Shown here piece by piece: positions 10,164 to 21,684 of a stretch of DNA of 64,000 nucleotides (position 1 is its first letter; the number at the start of each line of letters is the position of its first letter). Under the pieces are notes generated by a model. That model made no database searches and was not told where the DNA came from. It worked only from the letters and a program-made list of their open reading frames with translations. Location: contig OZ025649.1 in NCBI GenBank assembly GCA_964019335.1, positions 496,001 through 560,000 of the forward strand, given 5' to 3'. This stretch comes from Diplonema japonicum. Taxonomy: Eukaryota; Protista; Euglenozoa: Diplonemea. The position numbers and the translations under genes are program-made.

Positions 10164-13024
10164 ATGGGTGCAAAAGGCAGTAAAGATGTTGACCGGCGGC
10201 CGGATGATGGGATCGCTCCCCACGACGTGTTATGCGAAGTGGGAGGACATGAGGTGCACTACATGGATGCAACAAGCTATGCACTGAACACGAGAGTAGC
10301 GAGGATCGAACACGACGTCCAGAAGCAGAGGGAGAAAGTGGACAAGATGCGGGGCAAGGAACCTAAGAAGCGGGTCGTGTCGTCTGACCCAACAAGAGAC
10401 ATCGAAGAGGGCGGCAGCCAGGTGCCTCCGTCATCCGTGCGAAGCGACAAGCCGTACCCACAATTCGTCCCCAAGCACGGCTACGTCGCTCTCCCCACCG
10501 ACAGCACTGGACCCGTCATGGCTGTGCACTCTCGGGAGGGAAAATGGGAGGACTGCTTGTTCATCCCATCTGCTGCAGAGGTACCGATCGAGCCGCGCCC
10601 CCAATCAGCACAGCAAGGCAGCTTCCTCGGAACCACAACGTGGCACAAACGGCGGCAGTCCATAATCTCCACGCAGTCGGGGATGTCCGCAGGCACCGGT
10701 CTCAACGAGCAACGGCTGCAGTACGTCCAGCAAGACCTGCGCCTCAAACGTGCTGCCATGGAGTCTGGCATCTATGAAGTAGCCGGTGTCCGCCCCCTCC
10801 GCCTCTACGCCCACGACAACCCTGAAAAGATGCAGCACACCCTGCTAGAAGAGTGGGACCTGAGCGCTCTCTTAGAGCCCCCTGACGTGACCCTAGCCAC
10901 GCCACCTGACAGCGACGATGAGTCCACCTCTGGAGAGGGGTGCATCGTGCTGTTCCCACACAGGAAGCCAGTCATGGAAATCTCCGTGGCCTCAGTCATT
11001 CCATTTCTGGTGGCTGTCTTCGAACTGCACACCATGGAGGTAGCAGCAGAGGAAGAAAGACAGAAGGCAGAAGCTGAAGAAGAGGAAAGGAACATACATG
11101 CATCACAGCTCGCATCCTTGGAAGACGCAGAAAAGACAGCACGTGCGGAGGTAGCCACCGAGGCAGCAAACCTATCATCTTTCAAGGAGGAATCCGCACG
11201 AGAGAGGCAGGTGCTCATTGAGCGGGCACACGAGGCTGCTGTCCAAGCATCGCTTGCGAAAGAGCGCAGTGCAAGTCCCATGCCTGGGAAGTCACCCACG
11301 CTCGATACTGCCATTAAGAGTCCTTCGGTTCTGAAGCGGTCTGCCAGCCCTTTGCTGGGCATGGCCGCGCCCACTCCTCATGAGATGCACAAACTCATGA
11401 AGAAAAAAGAAGCTGAGGAAGAAGCCGAGAAGCAACGTCATCTGGCGGCGGTTCTTGTCATCCCTATCTCTGAGGAGGAAACACAGCGAGCCGTCGTGAC
11501 AAGGATACACGAAGAGGAGATGCAGGAGCTTGAAGCCCTCTTCGGACGGGAGAACGACGTGCTCATGGCTAAGCAGGAGGCCATTGAGAAGGCGGAGACT
11601 GAGGCATTGCTTGCGAAGGTCGAGACCAAGATCACCGAGGTCCCATCTGTACTTTCTGCTCCTGTACAGGAAGAGCCGGATGTTTCCTCTGCTGCGGTGC
11701 TTGCTGCATCTTCTGAGCCGATGAATGCTGAACAAGAAGAGCATAGTGACAAGGAGGGCAAGGACTCCATGGAAAAACAGAACGCCAAACGCAGGAAACA
11801 GTTAACGAAGGAGCTGAACGCGTGGAAGAAGCGTTATGAAGAAGAACACGGCAAGCCGCCTACAAAGAAGAACATCAAGGCAGACCCACACATTGCCGCT
11901 GTGCACGAGGAGTACCAAGCCTTGAAGAAGAAGAAAGCCAATACCACACCTGAGGAGAAGCCAGTGGAAGATCCAAAGACAAAACAGCAGGAAACACCAC
12001 AGCAGTCAGAAGATCCTGCCGAGTACGAGGTCCCACCAAAAGTGCTGCAGAAAGGGTATGCATGCAACACCTCTGCTACTAACTACACAGATGGCAGTCG
12101 GTCGGCGATGTGGGAAAGACGAGGTACGATGACGATGAAGATGCAGGTGAGGAGAAGGACGACAAAGGTGAAGGAAAGGAAAAGGATGCTCAAGAGGTTA
12201 AACAAGCAGATGACGTGGTGCGAGAAATGGAAGAAGAACCAGCTGAGCAGAAGCAGATCCAAGAGGTGGGACAAATCCAGGAAGAGGTGGAGCAAATCCA
12301 GGAGAAGCAAAAGCAAGAAATGGAAGAAGTCCAAGAGAAGCAGCAGGTACAGGAGGAACTGAAGCAGGAAGAGGTGGAACAAATTCAAGAGAAGCAAAAG
12401 CAAGAAATGGAAGAAGTCCACGAGAAGCAGCAGGTCCAGGAGGAACCGAAACAGGAAGAGGTGGAACAAATAAAGCAAGAGATGGAAGAAGTCCAAGAGA
12501 AGCAGCAGGTCCGGGAGGAACCGATGCAAGAAGAGAAGCAAGCGGCGGAACAAGTGGTGCGTATACAAGAAGAGAAGAACAAGGAACAACTTTGCGATCG
12601 AAATGAACTAAGTGAACCCTTAGACTCGCCCACCGCAGAGGGCGAAGCTTCTCCTAAGACAAAGGGGCGCAAGGCCACTCTTGTATCACAGCTGAACGAA
12701 TGGAAAGCAGCATACACAGAGAAGCACGGTGTGGCTCCCTCGAAGAAAGATATCAAGGCGGACCCGAGCATCGCCCCCATCTATGAGGAGTATGACCAGC
12801 TCAACAGCAAGAAGTCAAAGGAGCCAAAAGAGAAGAAGCCCAAACAAGTCAGCCGAAAGAAAGAGGTTGTCAAAGAGCTTAATACTTGGAAGGCGCAATT
12901 CGAGTCCGTACACGGAAAACCACCCACAAAGAAAGACCTCGCCAACTCCGAAATACGGGAATTGTATCAAGAGTACCAACAGATAATGAAGGCAGGGAAA
13001 GAGGCGAAACAACAGCAAGAATAG
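10164..13024 (+). CDS. Myristoylation-motif coiled-coil protein with three Sld2/RECQL4-N (or FAM13 C-terminal)-like helical modules; join(10164..12055,12091..13024)
   Basis: MGAKGSK start. A 35-nt intron (GTATGC..TACTAAC TACACAG) joins ORFs 9879 and 12110. Three L-N-x-WK..HG..P.KK.(I/L)....I...(Y/H).EY modules are present. Confidence 0.75.
12278..12526 (+). repeat. Coding tandem repeat, 87-nt (29-aa) unit QEEVEQIQEKQKQEMEEVQEKQQVQEELK, about 3 copies
   Basis: Units start at 12278, 12365 and 12452; the third has an internal deletion. Confidence 0.85.
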
Positions 13025-13253
13025 AAAAAGAAAAGAAAAGAAAAAGAAAACCTGAAACTACGGAATCGGGGGTTTCCCTGTTTTATATACCTACTATTTT
13101 GTTTCGTGCAAAGTCTACTTTTTTTCTCCGATTTCTCACTTTTTTTTTTTTTTTTTTTTTTTTTTGAAGGTTATTCAACTTCTTTGATATGCTTTTACTG
13201 CGTTCTTTAGAAAGAAGAAAAAAAAAAGGAAGAGGTAGGTGGTGGGGGGTACA

Positions 13254-13478
13254 ATGCCGAAGAAGGTTAAACTGCCACCAAGATGCACTTCAAAGGAATG
13301 CGGCTATGCGGGGAATGACTGTCAGGTTTGTTCGTTAATCTCATGTTCATCCACACAGATGCGAGCTTCTGCAGGTTCCTTCAACTGCAGGCTTAGTGTT
13401 GATAAGCAGCCGCTGTACGTGGGGTACACTGATTTTTGTAGGTGGCATTCTCTGCTGAGAGAGCGATGCGGTCCGTAG
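13254..13478 (+). CDS. Possible small Cys-rich protein with a possible in-frame 33-nt intron at 13326..13358
   Basis: Island of normal-complexity sequence between homopolymer spacers; GTTTGT..CACACAG resembles the other introns. No family recognised. Confidence 0.35.
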   Translation: MPKKVKLPPRCTSKECGYAGNDCQVCSLISCSSTQMRASAGSFNCRLSVDKQPLYVGYTDFCRWHSLLRERCGP

Positions 13479-13605
13479 TCTAGAGAGTTACCCTCTAGTC
13501 AACCCTCTTTTTTTTTTTTTTTTCCTCTTGTCGAAAACGAAAAAAAAAAGCTCACACAGATTTTTTAGGAAATAAAAGAAAAAGAACCCACCCCCTTTAG
13601 CTAAA

Positions 13606-14006
13606 ATGGTCCAGCGTCTTCACCTCAGGAACCACAGCAAGTTCCCCACCAAGAGCAACAAGTTCGTCATCAAGCACATCCCGGGTGGCAAGCTCCACAT
13701 GCAGTCTATCAAGAAGAAGGTGTCTGGTCCCAGGACCCCCAGATACCTGGGCCACCAGAGGTTGGCTGGTGTGAAGGTAATGTCCCCCCCCCCCCCCCCC
13801 CCCATCTCCCCCATCTCCCCCAAATTTTCTTCACATAGGCCCTCCGCCCCGTTGACGCCACCGCGGCCCCCAAGAGGAGAAAGACCGTGTCCCGTGCCTA
13901 CGGTGGTGTTTTGACCCACACCCAGGTCAGGGAGAGGGTTATCCGCGCTTTCCTCATCGAGGAGCAGAAGATCGTGAAACGTGTGCTCAGGAAGGGCAAG
14001 CACTAA
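13606..14006 (+). CDS. RPL34: 60S ribosomal protein eL34; join(13606..13776,13839..14006)
   Basis: The spliced product ..[51 protein letters not shown] is diagnostic. The 62-nt intron (GTAATG..CATAG) is poly-C rich. Confidence 0.95.
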
Positions 14007-14225
14007 GTATTTTGTCTTTGTTTTTACGATATGTAAGGATGACGAGCCCCCCACCCAACCTCTGTGTTCTGTGAGTGGTTAGTGTATCCCCCACCTTTTT
14101 TTTTTTCTCATATCTTTTTCATCATCCAAAACAAAAAAAAAAAAATTGCTATTCAAACTTTTTCTTTCTTATCTATTAACATTTCTCATCTAGGAGGAGG
14201 AGAGGCGGGGGGAGGTGGAGGAGTG

Positions 14226-17077
14226 ATGTCTAATGTAGAAGAGCTCCAAGAAGAGCTAGACGATCTGGGCGGTCGGTTTCGTATTAAAAAGGTGCTGGGA
14301 CAAGGGAGCTATGGGATGGTGTTCAAGGCAATCGACGAGCGGAACAAGGAAGCGGTGGCGTTGAAGAGGATCCACAAGGATATCATGAAGGAGAGGGAGC
14401 TGGCAACGAGAGTTCTGCGGGAGATCAAACTGCTGCAGCACTTCGAGGTGCCGAACGTGCTGCATCTGAAGCATTTGCTGCTGTCCCGATCGGACAACGT
14501 GATAGACTGTTTGTACCTTGTGACAGATGTCATGGAGACGGACTTGAAGTCTCTGCTCTCCTCGAACCAGGTTTTGACAATCGACCACGTGAGCTACCTA
14601 ACACACCAGCTGCTCAGGGGACTGAAGAGTTTGCACTCCGCTGGAGTCGTACACCGCGATCTGACCCCCGGCAACATCCTTGTAAACACCAAAGACTGCG
14701 AACTTAAAATCGCCGACCTCGGCCTCGCTCGGGAAATTCCCGATGACGGCCTCATGACAGACTACGTGACTGTCCGGTGGTACCGTGCCCCTGAGGTCCT
14801 CTGCGACTCTTCCCACTATGACTCCGGCGTCGACATGTGGGCCGTCGGGTGTATCTTTGGCGAACTCCTTGGATCTAAACCCCTCTTCCCCGGAACCAAC
14901 AAGGCCAACCAGCTCGAACGGATCATCCTTTGCCTCGGCCCCCCCACAGTGGAGACCCTCCGGTCAATGGAAGCCTCACAAAAGTGCAAGGAGTACGTCC
15001 GCAAGCGTCCCCCATCACCGAAAGCACCGCTGTCCAGCAGGATAAACGGCCCGAACTGCACCCCTGCCACCATGGATATGCTGTCCAAGCTTCTCGTCTT
15101 CAACCCCAAAGAGCGCATGAGTGTCGATGATGCGCTGCTGCACCCTGTGCTGCAGGAACAGGCGGAGGAGGAAGGCCCCGTGCGGTATAAGGTAGGGCCC
15201 TTCCTCTACAGAATACCTTCACGGTCGAACACGGCTTACATCACGAATGAGATTGTGAAGACGCAAACGCTAATGATGAAAGGATTCCGGGACAGCACAA
15301 TGGGCGCCGCACTCACTGCAGCGCTGCTGATTGCCTCCATCTCCAAGTTCACCCGCATGGCGTACTGGGACCTCCCTGCCAAGATCACGATCGGCATCGA
15401 CCCTCACCAGCAAGGTGTCGCCGTGCAAAGGTCTGGTGACACAATGTGCCCGCGTAGCGTGCTAGCCGACCTGTCCACAAACTTCGAGCTTGCTGTCAAG
15501 ACAGCACCCGACAGCAAGTGGAGTTCTGTCACCGCTGCGCTGTCCTCGTTCGCAACTCACGAGTTGCAAACAGTTCGACACAAGCAGCTTACTGCACAGG
15601 CGATTCCTCTGCTCCCTCTGCGGAGTGCTCTGAAAGGACACTTCCAATCTAAGGTATGCACCACCACACACTCAATCACACACAGTCAATGGACCTCGTG
15701 CGAGACGTCGGCTCTGACGACACACCAGGCAGGGAGGCCCTAGGGGCGTCCTCGTCACGGACGAACCCTTTGCAGTCTGCCTTCAGCTCCTACAAATCGC
15801 CGACAAAGAAGACGCCACGCGGGGGGCAAGATACACCCGTCACGGAGAGCACAGACGAGGACGACACAGCCAACGGGCACACGAAGAACCCTTCGCAGCC
15901 CACCTCCGTGCCGTGCACCCCCGTGCACACCAGGACACGCTCCGCAGGTGACGCCATCGTGAGCACGGCGCTGGTCAGCCCTTGTACGAGCAAGCGGCAT
16001 AAAAGGATCAACTCACAGCTGCCCGCGTCGATCGTGACGCCCAAACCTCAGGTTTCGCCCATATCGCATCAAGAGCTTCTGAATAAGCTTACCTCCGACA
16101 GGCTGGAGCGCATGCAGCAGGAACAGACTGACCCTTTGAAATGGGGGAACGAGAAGCTTGCGGCAATGGACATCTCGCGACGGCCAGCGGCGTTGGAGGA
16201 ACTGACATTTGAAGATGGTGACGACGACTACGACGAGGTGGACATCACGCAGATAGAGGAGGACAGGATAGAGACACCTGCTGCACCGCGCAAGCGGGTG
16301 GAACAGAAGAAAGTGCTTCCCGCATGTGCAGTGGCCCCTGGCGTGCATATCATACCGCCGCCAGTGGAGCTGATCGACGCTAGGAGCGGGAGGAAGAGCA
16401 TGCTGGGGGTGTCCCCGAGCACAAAGGCCTTGATATATAGCAGCGGGGCACGGCCTGCGGTGGTGAAGGACATCACATATGACGCAGGAACAGGAGTCCT
16501 GATGATGCCGGGCATTAGGAAGGGGGTGGTGCTGCAGCAGGAAGCCGCAAAAGCCGTTTTACAAGAGGTGTCGAAGCTGGCACATGTTGCCGGGGTGAAC
16601 ACGGACTTGGCGCGGGACGGACAGGTCATGAATGCATCCCTCACCAAAATAAAGAACATGGCAGCAGGGGGTGTGAACACAGAGGTGACACCTTCTTTTG
16701 TAGCTGTGTCTTGTAAGGGGCTTCTGAACATGCGGAATAGCGGGCAGATCCTTGCCCCCAACGCCCCTATTAAGTCAGTTTTGCGACATTCCAACATGGT
16801 TTGCGTCAGTTTGCGAATATGTGTTGTCTCCTATGTGTTCTCTGAAATGCCTGTGCCTCAGCCCCAGTCCACCATGCCCCTCTTGCAAAGGCGCAGTTCC
16901 AACGTGGCCATTAGCGCCGCACCTGCGACACCTGCTAGCTCGCGTGAAGATAATGCCGATGACTCGCCTCCCCGCCCTGTGCGGAGTGCACGGGAGGGGC
17001 ACGAGCCGTTTGAGTCGCATGAAAGCAGCGAGACCGACACCAAAGCTAAATGCAAGTGCTCTTGTCAGATAAGCTAA
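14226..17077 (+). CDS. MAP kinase (TDY activation loop) with a long C-terminal extension ending in a CaaX box; intron 15654..15685 and probable in-frame intron 16799..16861
   Basis: GQGSYG, VALKRI, HRDLTPGN, DLGLAR and MTDYVTVRWYRAPE. A 32-nt intron joins ORFs 14064 and 15656. The protein ends KCKCSCQIS*. Confidence 0.88.
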
Positions 17078-17668
17078 GAGGATGTAGGTGGCAGTGGTAA
17101 TACTATTTTTTTTTTTTGTACTTTTTTTCTTTTTTTCTTTTTTTCTTTTTCGGGAAGATAGGGCTCGTAGGATCCTGCACTTTGAGTTTTTTTTACGCCG
17201 CATATCTCAGAAAAAAAAAATGCTATAAAAGGAAAAAAAAGGGGGAGGTCTGAAGCTTGTCAAGGTCCGGAGTTACTACAAAATTCTTTCTTTTTTTCTT
17301 TTTTTTTGAAAAATAATTTTTTTTTACAGAAGGGAAAAAAAAAAAAAAAAAGGTTTTTTCTTTTTCTTTTCGTGGAAAGGTTTTTTTTTCTCAGTCGACC
17401 TTTTTTGGAAGGGGGTCTTCAAAAAATTCCCCCCCCCCCACCCTTGATGTGAAGGTTTGCAGCGTTACTTTGTTTTCTAAATAACTTAAGATGAAGAGAA
17501 TTAAAAAAGATAGAACTACCCCCCCCCCATCCCTAGGATGTCATTAAAAGGTAATAGGTTGAGTAGAGGGTGTGTGATTTTCTTTCTCCCCTCTCTTCTC
17601 GTCTTGCATGGGGCCATATTATTTGAGGGCAAAGAAAAAGCTTGTTTTTAAGAAGAGAATGGGAATGC

Positions 17669-17701
<33 letters not shown>

Positions 17702-18519
17702 AACAGGAAAGAGAAATATAATATAATATTAAAAAAGCACTGTGGGTCCCCCCTCCCCTTTTTTTCCCCTCCCCCTCTTGCGAGTGCTAGGGTGATGGCT
17801 AACGTAGTCCGAGGGGGGTTTTTTTTGTTTGTGTAAATAATAGCTAATAGTTTTTCTTGATGTTCGGAATTTTTTTCTTTTTTCCTTATTTTGCCCCCCC
17901 CTTTTTTTTGCAGTCTGAAAGTCGAGAGAAAAAATGGGCATTTTATGAGTTTACGGGGTGTGGAAAAAATATTTTTTTGCCGAGGAGAAAAAAAGAAAAA
18001 GAAAAAGAATTGGTTTGCAAGTAAGCACCACACCTTTTTAAAAAAAAAGAAGAAAAAAAAAAAAAAAAAGTACCGGACTGACAAATGTCAAAGTATTTTT
18101 CCCGGCGTCTGGTAATATGTCAAGGCCAGACCATTTTCTGTCTGGATTCTTAAAGGCCTCTGAAGGAGTTTTCTTTTTGGGCACCGGGAAATTATCATTG
18201 GCATTTCTTGCACAGTATTTAATTTTTTGAAGTGAAGGGGGGGGGGAAAATGTAACCTACAACATAAGCATTTTCTCGTCTCTCTTGTACCCCACACCAC
18301 CCCAAATTTCTGGACGTAAGTCTGGGCAGGATACACTCTTTCATGTCTCGAAAGTGCTTTGTGAAAATATCCCCAAGATGTTTCCATTGTGCACATTAGT
18401 GGCGTGAAGTGTTGACAAAAAAAAAAAAGAGCCAAACGCCCAACCGTTTTTAGGGAAACGAAAAAAAAAAGGAAAGAGAAGAAAGAAAGCAAAATTAAAA
18501 TGCCTTCGCAGGGCTTAAC

Positions 18520-18560
<41 letters not shown>

Positions 18561-18576
18561 TTCTTCCTTAAGTAGA

Positions 18577-18655
18577 GAGACAAAGGGGCACGTTCCAAAA
18601 AAAGAAAAGAAAAAAAAAAAAAAAAAAAAAAAAGGGCAGGAACTCCCTTTGTCTC
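18577..18655 (+). repeat. Intergenic hairpin element, copy 1
   Basis: GAGACAAAGGG..GTTCC-(A-rich loop)-GGAAC..CCCTTTGTCTC inverted repeat; a related copy is at 59724. Confidence 0.7.
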
Positions 18656-20017
18656 ATCTTTTCTTTCTTCTTTCCCGAAGTTTGTGTGCTGAAGCACAAC
18701 ATCGTGCGTCCTACGATTTCGTTAAGTAGGATAGGTACGCGGGGAGGGAATTGGCTCAGATAAATGGGTAAAAAAAAAAAAATAAAAAAAAAATAGACAA
18801 ATAGGGAAGAGAAAAAAAAAAATAAACAAGAGTGTCCACAGCTATCACTCCCAAAGAAGAATATCCGGACTGAATTATGGTTATGTTTTTATGAATTGGT
18901 GAGGGGAGGGGGAGACAAGGGGTGTACAACATATGGCGATTGGGCTTCACCAGCAGACCGCGGAGAAGCCAGGGTGTCTTCTTTTTCTTTTTTAAATTTC
19001 TTTTTTAAATTTTTACAACTCTGTTTGACACTCCCACTGGATTCTCTAGAAGGCTTGAATTTCAAACTTATGGTGTGGCGATTCTGATCTCTGTTTTTTT
19101 TTTTTTTTTTAAACTTCTTTTTTTTTTTTTACTTACGGTTTTCCATTACGGTGAAATGGTTCCCCCTTTTTTTTAAAGATGGGCGGCCCTTTATTATTTT
19201 CTCTTTTTTGTTTTTTTGTTTTTTTTTTTTTTTTGTTTTTGTTTTGCTCTGGCAAAAAAAAGGGGGGAATTTTTTAATACGCAAAATTAATTTTTTTTCA
19301 TTAAAGCTTTGCATCTCTCTCGTTCTCTCACCACCCCCCCCCAAAAAAAAGGAAAAATAAAAAAGAAAGGTTAGCATGATGAAAGGAGGAAGGCCTACGC
19401 AACCTTCTTTATATTTTTTTAAGGATCTTTTTGCGCCCCCCACTCCCCCCGTTTTTTTTTAGTCGCCTTACTTCGCCTTCTCATTCCCAAAATCTACCTA
19501 CATCGAAAAAGGGAAAAAAAAAAGAGAAATAAAGACGAAAAGGCAGGTTCAGAAGAGACGGAAAAGAAAAATATAAAAAAGGAAAAGAGAAACCAAAGAT
19601 GCCTCCCAACAATAAAATCAGGTCTTAAAAAAAACTCAAGAGTGGCTTAGCTTAGGGGAGACCTTTAAACGAAAAAAAAAAAGAAAGAAAGAAACGAGGG
19701 GAAAAAAAAAAAAAACCGATGTTCCGTGAATAGGAATCAAACACTTGTCTTGGTCCACCCTCTCCCTGCCTCCCTTATTGAAGTAAACAAAGACAGGTGA
19801 TAAGGGAGAAAAAGACGGGTTTCGCCGTGGGAAATGAGAATACAAACAGGGAGACAAAATGGGTGTATTTAGAAAGACTCTCCCCCACCCTACCCCCCCC
19901 CCCCCCCCCCCCCCCCCTCTCTCCCCCCATTCATATTTATTTAATATTCAAGATAATTCTCGTCGCTCTTCTTTTTTTTTAAAAAAAAAAGAGTTATTAA
20001 AAACACAAACAACACCA

Positions 20018-21064
20018 ATGTTCGGTCCAGACTTTGTTGTCGAAGATGGAGAAGAAACCAACAGATGTTTAGGAACAGTGGATGTCATCAGAGAGCTGAG
20101 GGAACATCCTGGCGCCGACCGTCTTGAGCTAGCGGAGGTGAGAGGTTGGCAAGTGATCGTGGGGAAGGGAGAATACAAACAGGGAGACAGAGTAGTATAC
20201 CTAGAAGTAGATTCCATCATCCCTGAAAAGCTCCTGGAGGGACGGAAGGAACACGAGATCATGAAAAACAAAAGATTCAGAGTGAAAACAATCAAACTTC
20301 GAGGCGAGATTTCACAAGGGCTGATCCTACCGTGCGAATTGCTCCCCGATCCTAATGTTGAAATTGGTACCGATGTAACCACAACCCTCGGGCTGGCCAA
20401 GTATGAGCCACCGATGACTGACAATACGAAATTCCCAGGGACCAGGCAGTTGGGCGATTTCCCGAAGGAAGTCCCGAAAACGGACTTGAAAAGAGTGCAA
20501 AACATTGTTGATCTTGTCCCGAAACTTGAAGGCAGGATATTCACCGTCAGCGAAAAGATAGACGGAGCCTCAATGACAGTGCTGATCGCTGATGGTGTGT
20601 TCAAAGTGTGCAGCAAGAACACACACACCAGTGCTGAGTCGAAGTACGGCCTTACTGCAGAAAACCTCAAAATTGAGGAAAAAATGCGTTCTGCCAAGAT
20701 AGAACACCTTGCTCTACAAGGGGAACTCGTCGGTCCCACTGTCTCGGGCAATCGTTACCGCCTTAAAGACCTCACCATTCGGTTCTTTGCGGTATATCAC
20801 ACTGTTGACAAAACCTACCTCCCTACCCTGAGAGCCATCGAGCTCGTAGAAAGCCTGGGCTTAAACTGGGTCCCTGTACTCAAACCCTCCTTTTCAATGC
20901 CACTTTGCACTTATACCGACTTGGTGTCCATGGCAGATGGCAAGTCCACCCTCTCCTCCAACTTGCGTGAAGGCCTTGTCTTTGTTGCGGACCCGCAGGA
21001 CGGCCGTGGAAGGGTCTCGTTCAAAGCCATTTCGAATGAATACCTACTTAAATACTCTCTTTGA
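20018..21064 (+). CDS. ATP-dependent RNA ligase, Rnl5 (DRB0094/NgrRnl) family
   Basis: N-terminal OB module HPGADRLELAEVRGWQVIV..VVYLEVDS and RVKTIKLRGEISQGL. Nucleotidyltransferase motifs I SEKIDG, III LQGELVG, IV REGLVF and V FKAISNEYL. Confidence 0.88.
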   Translation: MFGPDFVVEDGEETNRCLGTVDVIRELREHPGADRLELAEVRGWQVIVGKGEYKQGDRVVYLEVDSIIPEKLLEGRKEHEIMKNKRFRVKTIKLRGEISQGLILPCELLPDPNVEIGTDVTTTLGLAKYEPPMTDNTKFPGTRQLGDFPKEVPKTDLKRVQNIVDLVPKLEGRIFTVSEKIDGASMTVLIADGVFKVCSKNTHTSAESKYGLTAENLKIEEKMRSAKIEHLALQGELVGPTVSGNRYRLKDLTIRFFAVYHTVDKTYLPTLRAIELVESLGLNWVPVLKPSFSMPLCTYTDLVSMADGKSTLSSNLREGLVFVADPQDGRGRVSFKAISNEYLLKYSL

Positions 21065-21425
21065 TAAAAAAAAGCCTCCATGTGCACGAACGTTTTTTTT
21101 TTTTTTAATTATTTTATTTTTTATCGAGCTCTTCCCAGGAATGAGACGGCATCACTCTGTTAAATTGTCGGGCCAGCATATTTGCTGAAAAGAAAGGGTT
21201 GGCGCTTCTAGCCTTGCTGACCCTACGGCAAACGACGCCGCACCTCTACTCTGTGCTCGTGAAGGAAAAACACACCACAAGCCGCGCAGTGGGAGAAATG
21301 CTGTGCACACCTCAGTTTTTTTTAAATGTCTCTCTTTTTTTTTTTTTTTTTTTTTTTCCATGTTTCCCACTACTAACAAGCCTCGTTTCACCGTTTTTAG
21401 AGCCACCGTTGCAGTTTGCACAGCG

Positions 21426-21564
21426 AGGCAGGTGTCGTGTCGGGCTTCTTCTTATTTTTATTATTTTTCCTAATTTCGTTCCTTGTAAGATCCAGTCATG
21501 CATTCTGCGTTCTCTGTTGTAGTATTGCTGCTAGCTTGTCTGGCAAGGCAGGTGCCGTGTCGGG
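21426..21564 (+). repeat. Degenerate intergenic direct repeat with 120-bp period (core AGGCAGGTGYCGTGTCGGG)
   Basis: Cores at 21426-21444 and 21546-21564 are 18/19 identical; ATTTCGTTC also recurs downstream of each. Confidence 0.7.
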
Positions 21565-21684
21565 TTCTCCTCAATAAGGTCTACTGTGTTGTTCTGATTT
21601 CGTTCTCGTTAAGTGTCTGGGGGGGTTACCTTGGTATTTAAACACACACACAGCACATTTTACTTATTTTCTTCATTTTCTAAA

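Noticed and set aside
12056-12090. Apparent frameshifts (also near 15654, 51513 and 61390) suggesting pseudogenes or programmed frameshifting
   Set aside because: Each is resolved exactly by a short GT-AG intron.
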